A stretch of 25,620 nucleotides of DNA, from NCBI GenBank assembly GCA_041736175.1, contig JBGSUI010000238.1:1-25620 (forward strand), written 5' to 3'. The notes beneath the pieces are model-generated. The model did no database searches. It saw only the letters and a list, made by a program, of their open reading frames with translations, and was not told the DNA's origin. Both the position numbers and the translations under genes were made by a program. The stretch is from Oligoflexales bacterium (GTDB lineage: Bacteria > Bdellovibrionota_B > Oligoflexia > Oligoflexales > CAIYRB01). Shown piece after piece: positions 16,477-25,620 of this stretch (the stretch's first letter is position 1; each line of letters begins with the position of its first letter).

Positions 16477-17361
16477 TTATTCTTCTACTTCGTCTTTGGC
16501 TGTGGTCTTCTTTTTAGTACTGGTTGCAGCCTTGGTCGTCTTAGAAGTTGCGGTCGCCTTGACGGGGGTACAGACTTCAGCATCTTTGGTGTTTTTAGAC
16601 TTTGCTGTGGTTTTGGGAGTAGGTTCTTCTTCCTCTTCCTCTTCCTCCTCCTCTTCAGCAGGTGGATCTTTATCTGTTGAGGTACCACCACCTGCGGGAG
16701 TTCCCTGCAGATAACCACCCGCAGCCCAATCAACAAGGAGTTGTTTCTGTGCTGCTGTAAGAGTTTTACCTATGGGCATGGGCATGAGTTTCGTGCCCGC
16801 TTTGGTTGACTCAACAGAGTCCACTTTATGGAGATTGACGTTGGCCCAGGTGTCTAGGGGTGGTTTACTACCGTTCGCTGTATGACAACCCGTAACACAG
16901 CTCGCTGTCCAAAATGGCTTGATGTCTTTCTCAAAGGTCACACCACTTGTTGTGGTTCCAGTCCCCGTGGAGGTCCCTGTACTCGTGGCGGTCTTAGTGG
17001 CTGTGGCAGTCCCCGTCGCAGTGCCAGTACCCTGGAGTCTAAAGGCAAGCTTAGCCTTTGAAGTCGCGGCGGCGCTTTTCGTGGTTTTTTTGGGAGCCGG
17101 TTCTTCTTCTTCCTCGACCTCTTCCTCGGCCTCTTCATCAGCGGCAGGTTTTTTGCTAGACTTGTTCGTGGATTTGGTAGTCCCCCCTTCTTCATCCTCC
17201 TCACACATAGGTGCTGCTGCCTTGGCGGGAGTTTTCTTTTTCTCTCCGCAGGCCCAGACAAGTAAGACTGTTAGGACGGCGAAAAGCGCCCTATAGGATC
17301 CGACGGGCACCATTAAATTTAGTTTAGTTGACCAACTTGTAACCAATTTTTTGTTTATCAC
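16477..17361 (-). CDS. Low-complexity lipoprotein with a cytochrome c-like domain (CxxxCH)
   Basis: GAGGAGG then GTG 17361; lipobox LVWAC; VTFEKDIKP...CVTGCH...MP...LTAAQKQLLVDW; E-rich and T/G-rich tracts. Confidence 0.65.
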   Translation of the reverse strand: MINKKLVTSWSTKLNLMVPVGSYRALFAVLTVLLVWACGEKKKTPAKAAAPMCEEDEEGGTTKSTNKSSKKPAADEEAEEEVEEEEEPAPKKTTKSAAATSKAKLAFRLQGTGTATGTATATKTATSTGTSTGTGTTTSGVTFEKDIKPFWTASCVTGCHTANGSKPPLDTWANVNLHKVDSVESTKAGTKLMPMPIGKTLTAAQKQLLVDWAAGGYLQGTPAGGGTSTDKDPPAEEEEEEEEEEEPTPKTTAKSKNTKDAEVCTPVKATATSKTTKAATSTKKKTTAKDEVEE

Positions 17362-17393
17362 GATTTTTTTCCTCCTCAAAGTTCTATCCAACT

Positions 17394-17421
17394 GTTCGGA
17401 GTCGGGCGCAAGAGTCTTGAG
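17394..17421 (-). promoter_or_regulatory. Sigma28-like promoter
   Basis: Minus strand CTCAAG-N16-CCGAAC, about 30 nt upstream of the lipoprotein start. Confidence 0.55.
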
Positions 17422-17620
17422 GCAAAGGTTTTGTAGATATTTTATGTTATTTATTTCAGCAGCTTAGATTTGAGCCTGACGCAGTAATTCGCGCATCCCC
17501 GATAAACAGGCGCCTTGGAGAGATAAACTATTTCGTATTATTTTCTGGTCAAGGGTATATAAATCTATCGGTTTGTGGTATTTAGGGCATCCTTTTAGAA
17601 CCGTAGCAGGATTGACCACA

Positions 17621-19057
17621 ATGACGACTCAACACCCCGTGTCTCGATGCTCCCTTAAACTCCCTCCCGCCTTGCACCGAGCGGCCCAGGATCTGGGATA
17701 TGAGCACCTCACACCGATCCAAGCCCAAGCTATCCCTGAACTTTTGGCAGGCCGCGACGTCATTGGACAGGCTAAAACAGGCAGCGGCAAGACTCTGGCC
17801 TTTGTCCTTCCTATCCTCGCAAGCATTCGTCTTGATAGCCTAAAGCAGCGGAGCCCCCGCCCCGCCCCTCCTCAAGGGATCATCCTCTGCCCCACCCGCG
17901 AACTCTCCAGCCAGGTAGCCCGAGAGGTCCGAAAGCTGGCTCGCTATATGCCTGGACTATCGGTGCAGGTGTTGGCCGGGGGTCTACCGGTTCGGTCCCA
18001 ATCCCTAGCGCTTGAACGGGGCGTGCATCTCGTCGTCGGCACCCCTGGTCGCGTGGTTGATCACCTGAGGCGTGGGACTTTGGATTTGGCCCTGGTTCGC
18101 TGGCTGGTTCTCGATGAGGCCGACCGCATGTTAGACATGGGGTTTCAGGAAGACATGGAGTCTATCATCGCAGCGACGGGTCCCAAACGCCAAACGGTGC
18201 TCTTTTCAGCAACCTTTCCCCTATCGATCCAAAAAATTAGCCAAGCGTTGCAAAAAAATCCCCTCATGATCCAGGTGGACGCAAACTCCACCGAAGCCGC
18301 GGATGCTCCGATCAGACAACTCCTTTGGAAAGCCCCCGTAGCCGATAAACAAGGAGCTCTTCTCAAGGCGCTGCGCCAGTTTCGACCACAGTCTGCCTTG
18401 GTCTTTTGTAACCAAAAAATCACCACTGCCGACCTCGCCCTATTCCTCTCGGAGCATGGCTACGCCGCCGATGGACTCCATGGCGATCTTGAGCAATCCG
18501 ACCGGGACCGGGTGATGGCTAAGTTTCGAGGTGGTAGCCTCAACGTCCTCGTGGCCACCGATGTGGCGGCCCGCGGAATCGATATCGCTGATTTAGATCT
18601 TGTTTGTAATTTTGATCTGCCGTCTAAACCCGAAACCTATATCCATAGGATTGGGCGCACCGGGCGCGCTGGAAAACATGGTCTGGCCCTGTCCCTAGTC
18701 ACCCCACGAGATCTCCACCGGGTCGAAGCCATCGAAACCCACCAAGGATTATCCATCGAAAGCATAAGCACCCGAGAAAATCCCGTGGATCTTCCCTCCG
18801 AAGACCTCCCTTTGAAGGCTCCTATGTCCACCATCTATATCGCCGGCGGCCGACGCGCCAAGATACGCCCTGGAGATATCCTGGGAGCCCTCACAGGGGA
18901 CACTTGTGGGCTCACAGCAGGAGACGTTGGAAAAATCGAAATCCACGACCGTTTTGCCTATGTTGCTATCAAAAAAAGCCTCGTGGAAAAAACCATTTTT
19001 AAACTCAAAAACGGCAATATCAAAGGCAAGAAATTGCAAGTCGAGATCGTTAGATGA
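17621..19057 (+). CDS. dbpA: ATP-dependent RNA helicase DbpA
   Basis: Q motif, AKTGSGKT, PTREL, DEAD, SAT, HRIGRTGR, and the C-terminal DbpA RNA-binding signature KIRPGDILGALTG. Confidence 0.92.
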   Translation: MTTQHPVSRCSLKLPPALHRAAQDLGYEHLTPIQAQAIPELLAGRDVIGQAKTGSGKTLAFVLPILASIRLDSLKQRSPRPAPPQGIILCPTRELSSQVAREVRKLARYMPGLSVQVLAGGLPVRSQSLALERGVHLVVGTPGRVVDHLRRGTLDLALVRWLVLDEADRMLDMGFQEDMESIIAATGPKRQTVLFSATFPLSIQKISQALQKNPLMIQVDANSTEAADAPIRQLLWKAPVADKQGALLKALRQFRPQSALVFCNQKITTADLALFLSEHGYAADGLHGDLEQSDRDRVMAKFRGGSLNVLVATDVAARGIDIADLDLVCNFDLPSKPETYIHRIGRTGRAGKHGLALSLVTPRDLHRVEAIETHQGLSIESISTRENPVDLPSEDLPLKAPMSTIYIAGGRRAKIRPGDILGALTGDTCGLTAGDVGKIEIHDRFAYVAIKKSLVEKTIFKLKNGNIKGKKLQVEIVR

Positions 19058-20535
19058 ATATTCCAAGTGAACTTGTCGCTCTTTTAGCATGGATCCTGCC
19101 ATTAGTGCACCTCTCAGGACTCCTCCTGGCCCTGGATGCCATCTGGCAGCAGCGGAGCGCCCAAGGGGCGACTGCATGGGCCATCGGTCTTATATCTTTT
19201 CCTTATCTTGGGATTCCCCTTTATCTTATTCTGGGGCGCAGTCGCTTTCGGGGGTATATTTTAGCGCGAAAATCCCATGATGCGCGTCTTAAATCCCTTG
19301 CTGAGAGGCAACTCCAAGCCACAAAGGCTCCCGCGCGTCTGCCCGGTGCTGATCATATAGGAGTCCATGCTGGGACCCCTTGGCCAGCGCTGCGGGTCCT
19401 GCAAAATCTGGCTCGAATGCCTTTTACCATGGACCACCAGGCAACGCTTTTGATCGATGGCCAAGCTACCTTTGACGCCATCATCGCTGCTATTGAAAAA
19501 GCCGAGAACTTTGTGTTGGTGCAGTTTTATATCGTCCGTGACGATGACCTAGGGCTTCGCCTGAGCCACATTCTTATGGAGAAAGCTGCCCAGGGATTAA
19601 AAGTTTGTTTTCTCTATGACGAAGTCGGCTCCCATAAGACAAAACAGGCTTATTGGGACCAGCTGCGTGCCGCTGGGGTCAAGGCGGCACCTTTTAACAC
19701 CCGCGGCGGTGGCTGGCGCAATCGCTTTCAAATAAACTTTCGCAACCACCGCAAAATCGTTGTCGTTGACGGAATCACGGCTTTTGTGGGTGGTCACAAT
19801 GTGGGCAACGACTATTTGGGTAAAGGTCCCCTAGGTCCCTGGCGAGACACCCACGTCAAGGTCACCGGTCCCATGGTGGCAGCCATCCAACTCTCGTTTA
19901 TCGAGGATTGGCATTGGTCTCAAGGCAGGGTTTTGGACCTAAAGATCCCTTCCCTTCAAGACCCGGTAGAAGCAGCATCAAACAAATCTCTTATTGGTTT
20001 AGCACTGCCCACTGGCCCGGTCGATGACGTGGATGTCTGTTCCTTGATGTTTTGCCAGCTGATCCAATCGGCGCGGCAACGGCTTTGGCTTGCGAGCCCC
20101 TACTTTGTGCCCGATGCTCCTATCCTTACCCAACTCAAACTCGCTGCCCTTCGTGGGGTTGACGTGCGCATCCTCCTCCCCGAAAAAGCAGACCATTATT
20201 TAACTCACCTGGCGAGCTATGCTTCTATGGCGGCTGTGGAGTCTTTTGGGGTCAAATTTTATTATATGCAAACCGCCTTTAGTCACCAAAAGGTCGTGCT
20301 GGTCGACGATGCCGGCGCCTCTGTGGGGACTGCTAACCTAGACAATCGATCTCTCCATCTCAACTTTGAGATCACGCTCCTCTTTGTCGGCGGCCAATTT
20401 GTGCAGGAGGTCGCTACCATGCTTGAGGCGGACCTAAATAAATCCGTACTGGTCCCTATGGGAGTGCTTCAAACCAAGCCCCTCCCCTTTCGGCTTGCGG
20501 TAAAGCTGGCGCAGCTTTTTGCGCCGCTCCTTTAA
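19054..20535 (+). CDS. cls: Cardiolipin synthase
   Basis: Two N-terminal TM segments; two HKD motifs (HRKIVVVD, HQKVVLVD); ATGA overlap with dbpA. Confidence 0.92.
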   Translation: MNIPSELVALLAWILPLVHLSGLLLALDAIWQQRSAQGATAWAIGLISFPYLGIPLYLILGRSRFRGYILARKSHDARLKSLAERQLQATKAPARLPGADHIGVHAGTPWPALRVLQNLARMPFTMDHQATLLIDGQATFDAIIAAIEKAENFVLVQFYIVRDDDLGLRLSHILMEKAAQGLKVCFLYDEVGSHKTKQAYWDQLRAAGVKAAPFNTRGGGWRNRFQINFRNHRKIVVVDGITAFVGGHNVGNDYLGKGPLGPWRDTHVKVTGPMVAAIQLSFIEDWHWSQGRVLDLKIPSLQDPVEAASNKSLIGLALPTGPVDDVDVCSLMFCQLIQSARQRLWLASPYFVPDAPILTQLKLAALRGVDVRILLPEKADHYLTHLASYASMAAVESFGVKFYYMQTAFSHQKVVLVDDAGASVGTANLDNRSLHLNFEITLLFVGGQFVQEVATMLEADLNKSVLVPMGVLQTKPLPFRLAVKLAQLFAPLL

Positions 20536-22052
20536 GGCCTTACCTTGGCGGTGCCTGCAAAATAAGCTTGGTACCTGGGCCAGCTCCAGGTGGCGAGCTT
20601 TTGGCCCACATCAAGACCCACGTTGTTGTCGATTGGAATATGATAGCCCCCGAGGGCTCTCGACAGCGCCGCCATCTCTGCTGTGCCACTCCAGGTGGGT
20701 AAATCCAGGGTCATCATGTCCCCCGGATCTTTTTCCGTAAGCTCGCAGTGGCGTCGATTTTCTGCAAATCCATATTCATCGGAGTCGGTAAAGAGTTCGA
20801 TGATCTTTGCAGCGGCACCGCTCACGGTCGCATGGCCACTGGTATACCCTGGAAAAGGTGGAGTGATAAAAGACATGGGTGAGTAGGGCTGCCATTCTTC
20901 GGCAGGCATGATCTTAACCCCTCCTGCTGGTCCCGCCCAGCCTTTGATTTTCTGTCCCCGGTAGTAGTATCGGACCAAAGTCCATGGTCGCGATGAATCA
21001 TAAAATCGTTTGGTCTCCCAGCAGGAGATAAAGGCATCAAACGCCACGTTGGCAACGGCAAAATAAAGCTTTACATCCTGATCGAGGGACTGTTTATCGC
21101 GACGTGAGACATCCTGAGCAAACCGCAACCAATGCCCGCTTTGGCCCGTCGACCGCGGTCCATCCCGCATAAACTCGACGATGGCCTTTTGTTCGTTGGT
21201 GAGATTTCCGTTATACCTAAGGACCTCATCGGTTTCTTGGCGGAGAAGCTTGTCGTTGGTTTTTGTCGTCGGTGGCGGTCCCGGACGAAACTGTGAGCTG
21301 GACTCAAGGGCAAAGGGCTTGACCCGGTACCAATGGGGTGTCAGAAACCCGGGAGTCACCTTGGTCCCATCGGGTTTGGTAAAGGTGATAGGTTGCCAAC
21401 GGTCCGGGTCTAGGATGCGATCGGGGGGATTCACAGGTTTGTAGTAGGTATAGTCTCCGTAGGGTGTGCCGTTACCCCCTGGTTCATCACCAGTCTGGTT
21501 AGCTCCATCACGCATCCGGTACTTGATCACAGCTTCCGCAGCTAAAAGACCAACTCCCTCTGGAGTTTTTGGATCTCGGGACACCACCTTTGGGTCGTAT
21601 CCAAGGGAACGAAGTTTGTCTTCGAGATAGGTTTTAGATTTGGGAAACACAAAAGCAAGGGAATAGTAGGACGCATAGCTGATAGCTTTTTGTTTGTTTG
21701 CTAAGGTACGTTCTCCGGGGGGACGGCGCAATGCGCCTCCGAGTCTGGTCCCGACGGCCTGATCGTCATAGGCAGCCCAGGCATCGTAGACTGCCGTGGC
21801 CCAAATCGCCATCATCCTCGACAACACCGTGGGCCTGGGGCCGTTTAGATCCACCTCTTGGCCAGCTGCTTCCTGCATCCAATCCAGCCAGCGGTAGGCG
21901 AGGGAAACCTGACTATAGTCGACTTTAGCACCTAAAAATTTATGGGCTGGCTTTTGGTTTGGTGATGCCATGGCAAAGGAGCCCAGAGCTAGTGTGCCAC
22001 CTACCAACTGGATGATTCCTAGACGACGGCTTAGACTCTTACCCCAGGGCAT
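20532..22052 (-). CDS. Secreted vanadium-dependent haloperoxidase / PAP2-superfamily protein
   Basis: WETKRFYDSSRP, PPFPGYTSGH, SRALGGYH motifs; signal peptide ending SFAMA; GGAGG before ATG 22052. Confidence 0.85.
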   Translation of the reverse strand: MPWGKSLSRRLGIIQLVGGTLALGSFAMASPNQKPAHKFLGAKVDYSQVSLAYRWLDWMQEAAGQEVDLNGPRPTVLSRMMAIWATAVYDAWAAYDDQAVGTRLGGALRRPPGERTLANKQKAISYASYYSLAFVFPKSKTYLEDKLRSLGYDPKVVSRDPKTPEGVGLLAAEAVIKYRMRDGANQTGDEPGGNGTPYGDYTYYKPVNPPDRILDPDRWQPITFTKPDGTKVTPGFLTPHWYRVKPFALESSSQFRPGPPPTTKTNDKLLRQETDEVLRYNGNLTNEQKAIVEFMRDGPRSTGQSGHWLRFAQDVSRRDKQSLDQDVKLYFAVANVAFDAFISCWETKRFYDSSRPWTLVRYYYRGQKIKGWAGPAGGVKIMPAEEWQPYSPMSFITPPFPGYTSGHATVSGAAAKIIELFTDSDEYGFAENRRHCELTEKDPGDMMTLDLPTWSGTAEMAALSRALGGYHIPIDNNVGLDVGQKLATWSWPRYQAYFAGTAKVRP

Positions 22053-22344
22053 GGCTACCCTCCATCTTTTCGTGATCTGAAAGGTTATCATATCACATTA
22101 ACTTATCATGATATTTTGCCAGTTGGATAGAAAAATATCACCCCCCCTCATGCCAAGGCCTTTCACAGAAGTGTGAGAGATCGAGGGTGCGCTACGGTTA
22201 CATCCGATAGTAAATCACCCGCATTTTTCGAATATATTCGGCTAATCTTGTTGTAAATATTCCAGTCTAAAAGCTAACCGTAGACATGTTATCCGCTTGT
22301 GGTTATAATAATAGACGGAACAATAGTCCATTAAATTATAATAT

Positions 22345-23526
22345 ATGAGTAATATCAATATGTTATTTCAAAGATCACTCAATATACATAAAATAATAAT
22401 GAATGACCAAGATTTTCGCGCCTTCTTGGTTCTTGGTCCACGGCAGACCGGTAAAACATATTTAATACGTGAGCAGCTGAAATCTACTAGCTGGATTATC
22501 AACCTTCTCGATACCAAATCTTTTGTTGAACTGACGGCCCATCCCGAGAAAATGCGCGAAATTTATCTGGCAAAAGTGCCGAGGCCAAAACTCATCGTTG
22601 TCGATGAGATTCAACGCGTTCCCGAGCTTTTAAGCGAGGTTCATTTGATGCTTGAGGAATATGATGTGCGATTTCTTCTGACGGGATCAAGTGCTCGAAA
22701 ACTCAAACGGCAAAACGTAAATCTTCTAGGCGGGCGTCTTCGAAAAATTGGTTTTCATCCCTTAATTTTCAGTGAATTTGGTGATCATTTTGATTTGGTT
22801 CGCGCGTTAAGTTATGGTGGATTGCCAACGGTTGTCAAGGCACGCAGCCCCCTTCGTGTTCTGGACAGCTATGTTGGAACCTATTTGAAGGATGAGATCG
22901 CTGCCGAGGGATTCGCGAGATCGCTGCCAGCATTTAGCCGATTTCTTACCGTTGCAGCCATTGCCAACGGCTCCATGCTTTCATATTCTGGTCTTGCAAA
23001 CGATGCCCAAATTCCCAAAACCACTTTGATCGAGCATTTTTCGGTTCTAAAAGATACGCTGATTATTCATGAACTACCGGCTTTTCAGGAAACCCTCAAA
23101 CGCAAGCCAATCGAGACCTCAAAATTCTACTTTTTTGACATTGGAGTCGCCAACTACCTCGCAGGACGACGTTCGCTTCTCGATGCAACGTTTTTTGATG
23201 CCGGAACGGCCTTTGAAAACTGGATACATCACGAGCTCCGTTCCTTTATTGATTACAATGACCTCGATCTGCCTTTGACCTACTGGCGATCCCAAAGCCA
23301 GTTTGAAGTGGATTTCATCCTCGGTCATTCGGCCGCCATAGAGGTTAAAGCTACGAGTAGTGTAAATACCAAGGATCTAAAAGGACTGCGTGCATTTCGA
23401 GAAGAAGGGATTGCAAAGCACCACATTCTCGTCTGCCGTGAAAGCGCTCCTCGTGTTCATGATGGAATCCTGATACTTCCTTGGGACGATTTTCTCTCTC
23501 GTTTATGGAATCGCGACTTTTGCTGA
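22345..23526 (+). CDS. AAA_14/DUF4143-type ATPase
   Basis: GPRQTGKT, VVDEIQ, LTGSSAR, KFYFFDIG, FEVDF...IEVK (PD-(D/E)xK-like C-terminus). Confidence 0.9.
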   Translation: MSNINMLFQRSLNIHKIIMNDQDFRAFLVLGPRQTGKTYLIREQLKSTSWIINLLDTKSFVELTAHPEKMREIYLAKVPRPKLIVVDEIQRVPELLSEVHLMLEEYDVRFLLTGSSARKLKRQNVNLLGGRLRKIGFHPLIFSEFGDHFDLVRALSYGGLPTVVKARSPLRVLDSYVGTYLKDEIAAEGFARSLPAFSRFLTVAAIANGSMLSYSGLANDAQIPKTTLIEHFSVLKDTLIIHELPAFQETLKRKPIETSKFYFFDIGVANYLAGRRSLLDATFFDAGTAFENWIHHELRSFIDYNDLDLPLTYWRSQSQFEVDFILGHSAAIEVKATSSVNTKDLKGLRAFREEGIAKHHILVCRESAPRVHDGILILPWDDFLSRLWNRDFC

Positions 23527-23855
23527 TTTCCAGGCGGCTTGCGTCAGGTTCGCCTTTTTGTCATCATTCATCATTTTCATCTACCTGTAATGCGTTTCGC
23601 GGCACGAGGCGACTAGATAAACCCATCAGATATCATGGAACGTATGCCATCAAATATCGTGAGCGCTCTCAATCAAAGCCGCATTATCACACTTAGTCAA
23701 CTGGGAGCGACGCCAGGTGTCTAAATTTTGGGCACCTACCCACTCCCTGGCTAAGGAAATCGAAAGGAAAATCTGAAGGGAAATCGACTGCCTCTCTTAA
23801 GGCATAGATCTTGCAGTGATCTCTAAACAATTACCAATTAAGAGGTCACATCAAG

Positions 23856-25154
23856 ATGAATTTCCTATGGCACAATAAAAAAATTATCCTTGTCACCACT
23901 GCACTTTTGGCGACCCAAACTAGCTGCCTTAAAAAAAACAGCTCTGCTGCACAAAATCTCACCCTTACCATAGATGGCGAGACCACAAACCAGGATCAAA
24001 AAAAACTCCTTGAGGGTTTAGTCACAGCCCTAAGCAACGAGTTTAATCTCCCCGAGGGCACAAAACCACACCTTAAAGCCGATGTTATCCTAAGAAAACT
24101 GGAAATCCAACTCGGCCTTATGGAAACTGACCTCAAGAAAAACCCCAATGCCTATGGCTCGGCACAGGTCACCCCTGACCTTATCGTAGAAGCCTTGGAA
24201 AAATCTTTTGTACGAGATTATTTTATTGAAAAAGACCGCACAGGTCTAAATTTTCCCCGAGCCGCGCGCTCCTATTCCATCGACAAAGCATCTTTGATCC
24301 CCATGGTCTCAAAACTCGTCACCTCCCTTATCCGCAAAAATCCTCGGGGACAAAGCTTTAAACAAACCGCCTTAGGAGCTACTCCCATCCCTTCGGGTCC
24401 TAAGAAAAATTTGATCTTTAAGGCGATCCAGCGAGAAAATCCCCAGATGGATCCCTCAAACCGGATGGACAACGTTTATATGGTGGCTGATTTTCACCGC
24501 ATCACCCTATCGTCGGTCTATCTCGACACCCCTGAGGACGGGAGAGATTTTTTGACTTTTTCTAACCTCCACAAGATGCTGCCAAAATTAAAAAGGATTG
24601 TTGTTTCCACTTCAGCTCTTAAAACTATTATGGAAAGCCTTCACTTCGGAGTTCTCCAAAAGCCAGGGGATTACCCCTCCGATCTGACCCTTGTCCTCAC
24701 AGATCCACCTACGACCCAGGTGATCACCTTTCTAGAGACCTCCCTTAGATCCTATCGGGGATTTGCGGGACTCTTCCGTGGAATAGGGTTTAGTGACAAT
24801 ATGCCTTATAAATTTTTAGATCTTGCATCGATGATCCGCGAGCATAAGTTTAAATCGATTGAAGTAAACCTGCCCCAAATTAACATGCAAAATTTAGATA
24901 GCCTTACAAAACTGGCAACACAGGTCGTCCTCAACGACCAAAATCTAGTCAACAGATATTACAGTGAAGCGGTCCACCTGGACAGCACCTCTCTTAACGA
25001 CTGTCTATGGTCTTCCCCCACAATAAACAAAAATGTCGAAATCTATATTCGCCTGACCAAAGGCCTTATACTGAGAGGAATCCCGGTGGTGATTTCGCCC
25101 TTTGCCAAATCTGCCTTGACATCCGTGGAGGCCATAACGGCCCCAGCCAAATAG
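23856..25154 (+). CDS. Hypothetical lipoprotein
   Basis: 432-aa ORF, GAGG RBS, basic plus hydrophobic N-terminus ending QTSC. Confidence 0.7.
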   Translation: MNFLWHNKKIILVTTALLATQTSCLKKNSSAAQNLTLTIDGETTNQDQKKLLEGLVTALSNEFNLPEGTKPHLKADVILRKLEIQLGLMETDLKKNPNAYGSAQVTPDLIVEALEKSFVRDYFIEKDRTGLNFPRAARSYSIDKASLIPMVSKLVTSLIRKNPRGQSFKQTALGATPIPSGPKKNLIFKAIQRENPQMDPSNRMDNVYMVADFHRITLSSVYLDTPEDGRDFLTFSNLHKMLPKLKRIVVSTSALKTIMESLHFGVLQKPGDYPSDLTLVLTDPPTTQVITFLETSLRSYRGFAGLFRGIGFSDNMPYKFLDLASMIREHKFKSIEVNLPQINMQNLDSLTKLATQVVLNDQNLVNRYYSEAVHLDSTSLNDCLWSSPTINKNVEIYIRLTKGLILRGIPVVISPFAKSALTSVEAITAPAK

Positions 25155-25230
25155 ATGCCAGTTAAAACAAATAAAAATTGATTATAAGATAGATCGACAG
25201 GGTTCATTCGCAGTGATTTTGCGCAACATC

Positions 25231-25258
25231 TATCGGAAGGACTGGGGAAAAACTTGAG
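25231..25258 (-). promoter_or_regulatory. Sigma28-like promoter facing antisense into the lipoprotein gene
   Basis: Minus strand CTCAAG-N16-CCGATA. Confidence 0.45.
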
Positions 25259-25480
25259 CGAATATGCCACATTGATCTGGATTCATTGGCTATTTACTAA
25301 ATAAGCTAGAGTGGACACCTGCCCGTGCTGTGGATTGTCTATTTGTCTTGATTTTTCGCAACAAATCCAGCTCCTAATAAAAAATATTTGAGTTTATCAA
25401 ACCTCCGTCCGAAGGCCCTTCGTGTGATTTGACGGGGGTAACGCCTCACTGTCACATCTTTCCAAGAATCACCCACCTGG

Positions 25481-25620
25481 GTGAACTACCAGCACCCCTA
25501 AAGGGGTGCGGCTTCCAAGGTCAAGCAGCTTTCGCTGCTTTCCTTTTCTTTTTTGACGCTTCTACCACAGATGCGCAGGTCGCTATCGCTTCCTGCGGCT
25601 TATGTTTGGCTCCACGTCCA
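25481..25620 (-). mobile_element. Right end and omegaRNA region of an IS200/IS605 (tnpB-type) element, partial
   Basis: Minus strand GACGTGGAG...GAAGCGTC stem, a gcagc-gaaa-gctgc hairpin, a subterminal gcacccc-TTTA-ggggtgc hairpin and the TAGTTCAC terminus. Confidence 0.8.
25521..25619 (-). CDS. Probable C-terminal tail of TnpB (partial, runs off the window)
   Basis: Open frame GRGAKHKPQEAIATCASVVEASKKKRKAAKAA* overlapping the omegaRNA-like region. No catalytic motif is visible in the window. Confidence 0.5.
   Translation of the reverse strand, partial: GRGAKHKPQEAIATCASVVEASKKKRKAAKAA

Noticed and set aside
20691..20700. 10-nt match (ccaggtgggt) to the start of the predicted tnpB guide
   Set aside because: A 10-mer match in about 51 kb of both strands is plausible by chance, pairing stops after 10 nt, and the TAM is unknown.

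Overview
Bacterial chromosome segment, probably Bdellovibrionota/Oligoflexia-like (inferred from a TIGR02147-type gene and sigma28-like promoter motifs). Bases 1-4560 form a decaying accessory zone: two type II toxin-antitoxin pairs (a frameshifted RelE/HigB-like toxin with HTH antitoxin, and an MqsR/MqsA-like pair), a 5'-truncated tRNA-Cys that looks like an att remnant, a DUF3892-like gene split by an in-frame TAA, a membrane-protein gene with a degenerate second copy, and a 61-bp remnant of an IS200/IS605 (tnpB) right end. The middle holds a TIGR02147-type gene divergent from a metzincin and a lipoprotein, an internally deleted AAA/DUF4143-type gene, a CotH-like lipoprotein, and a four-gene non-housekeeping chaperone operon (GrpE-like, Hsp70, 652-aa unknown, J-like protein with YPV in place of HPD). 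These are followed by a ferredoxin, a CxxxCH cytochrome-like lipoprotein, dbpA, cls, a vanadium haloperoxidase-like gene, an intact AAA/DUF4143-type gene and an unknown lipoprotein. The window ends in the 3' end and omegaRNA region of a tnpB-type element. Family calls are from motif recognition by eye; no searches were run.
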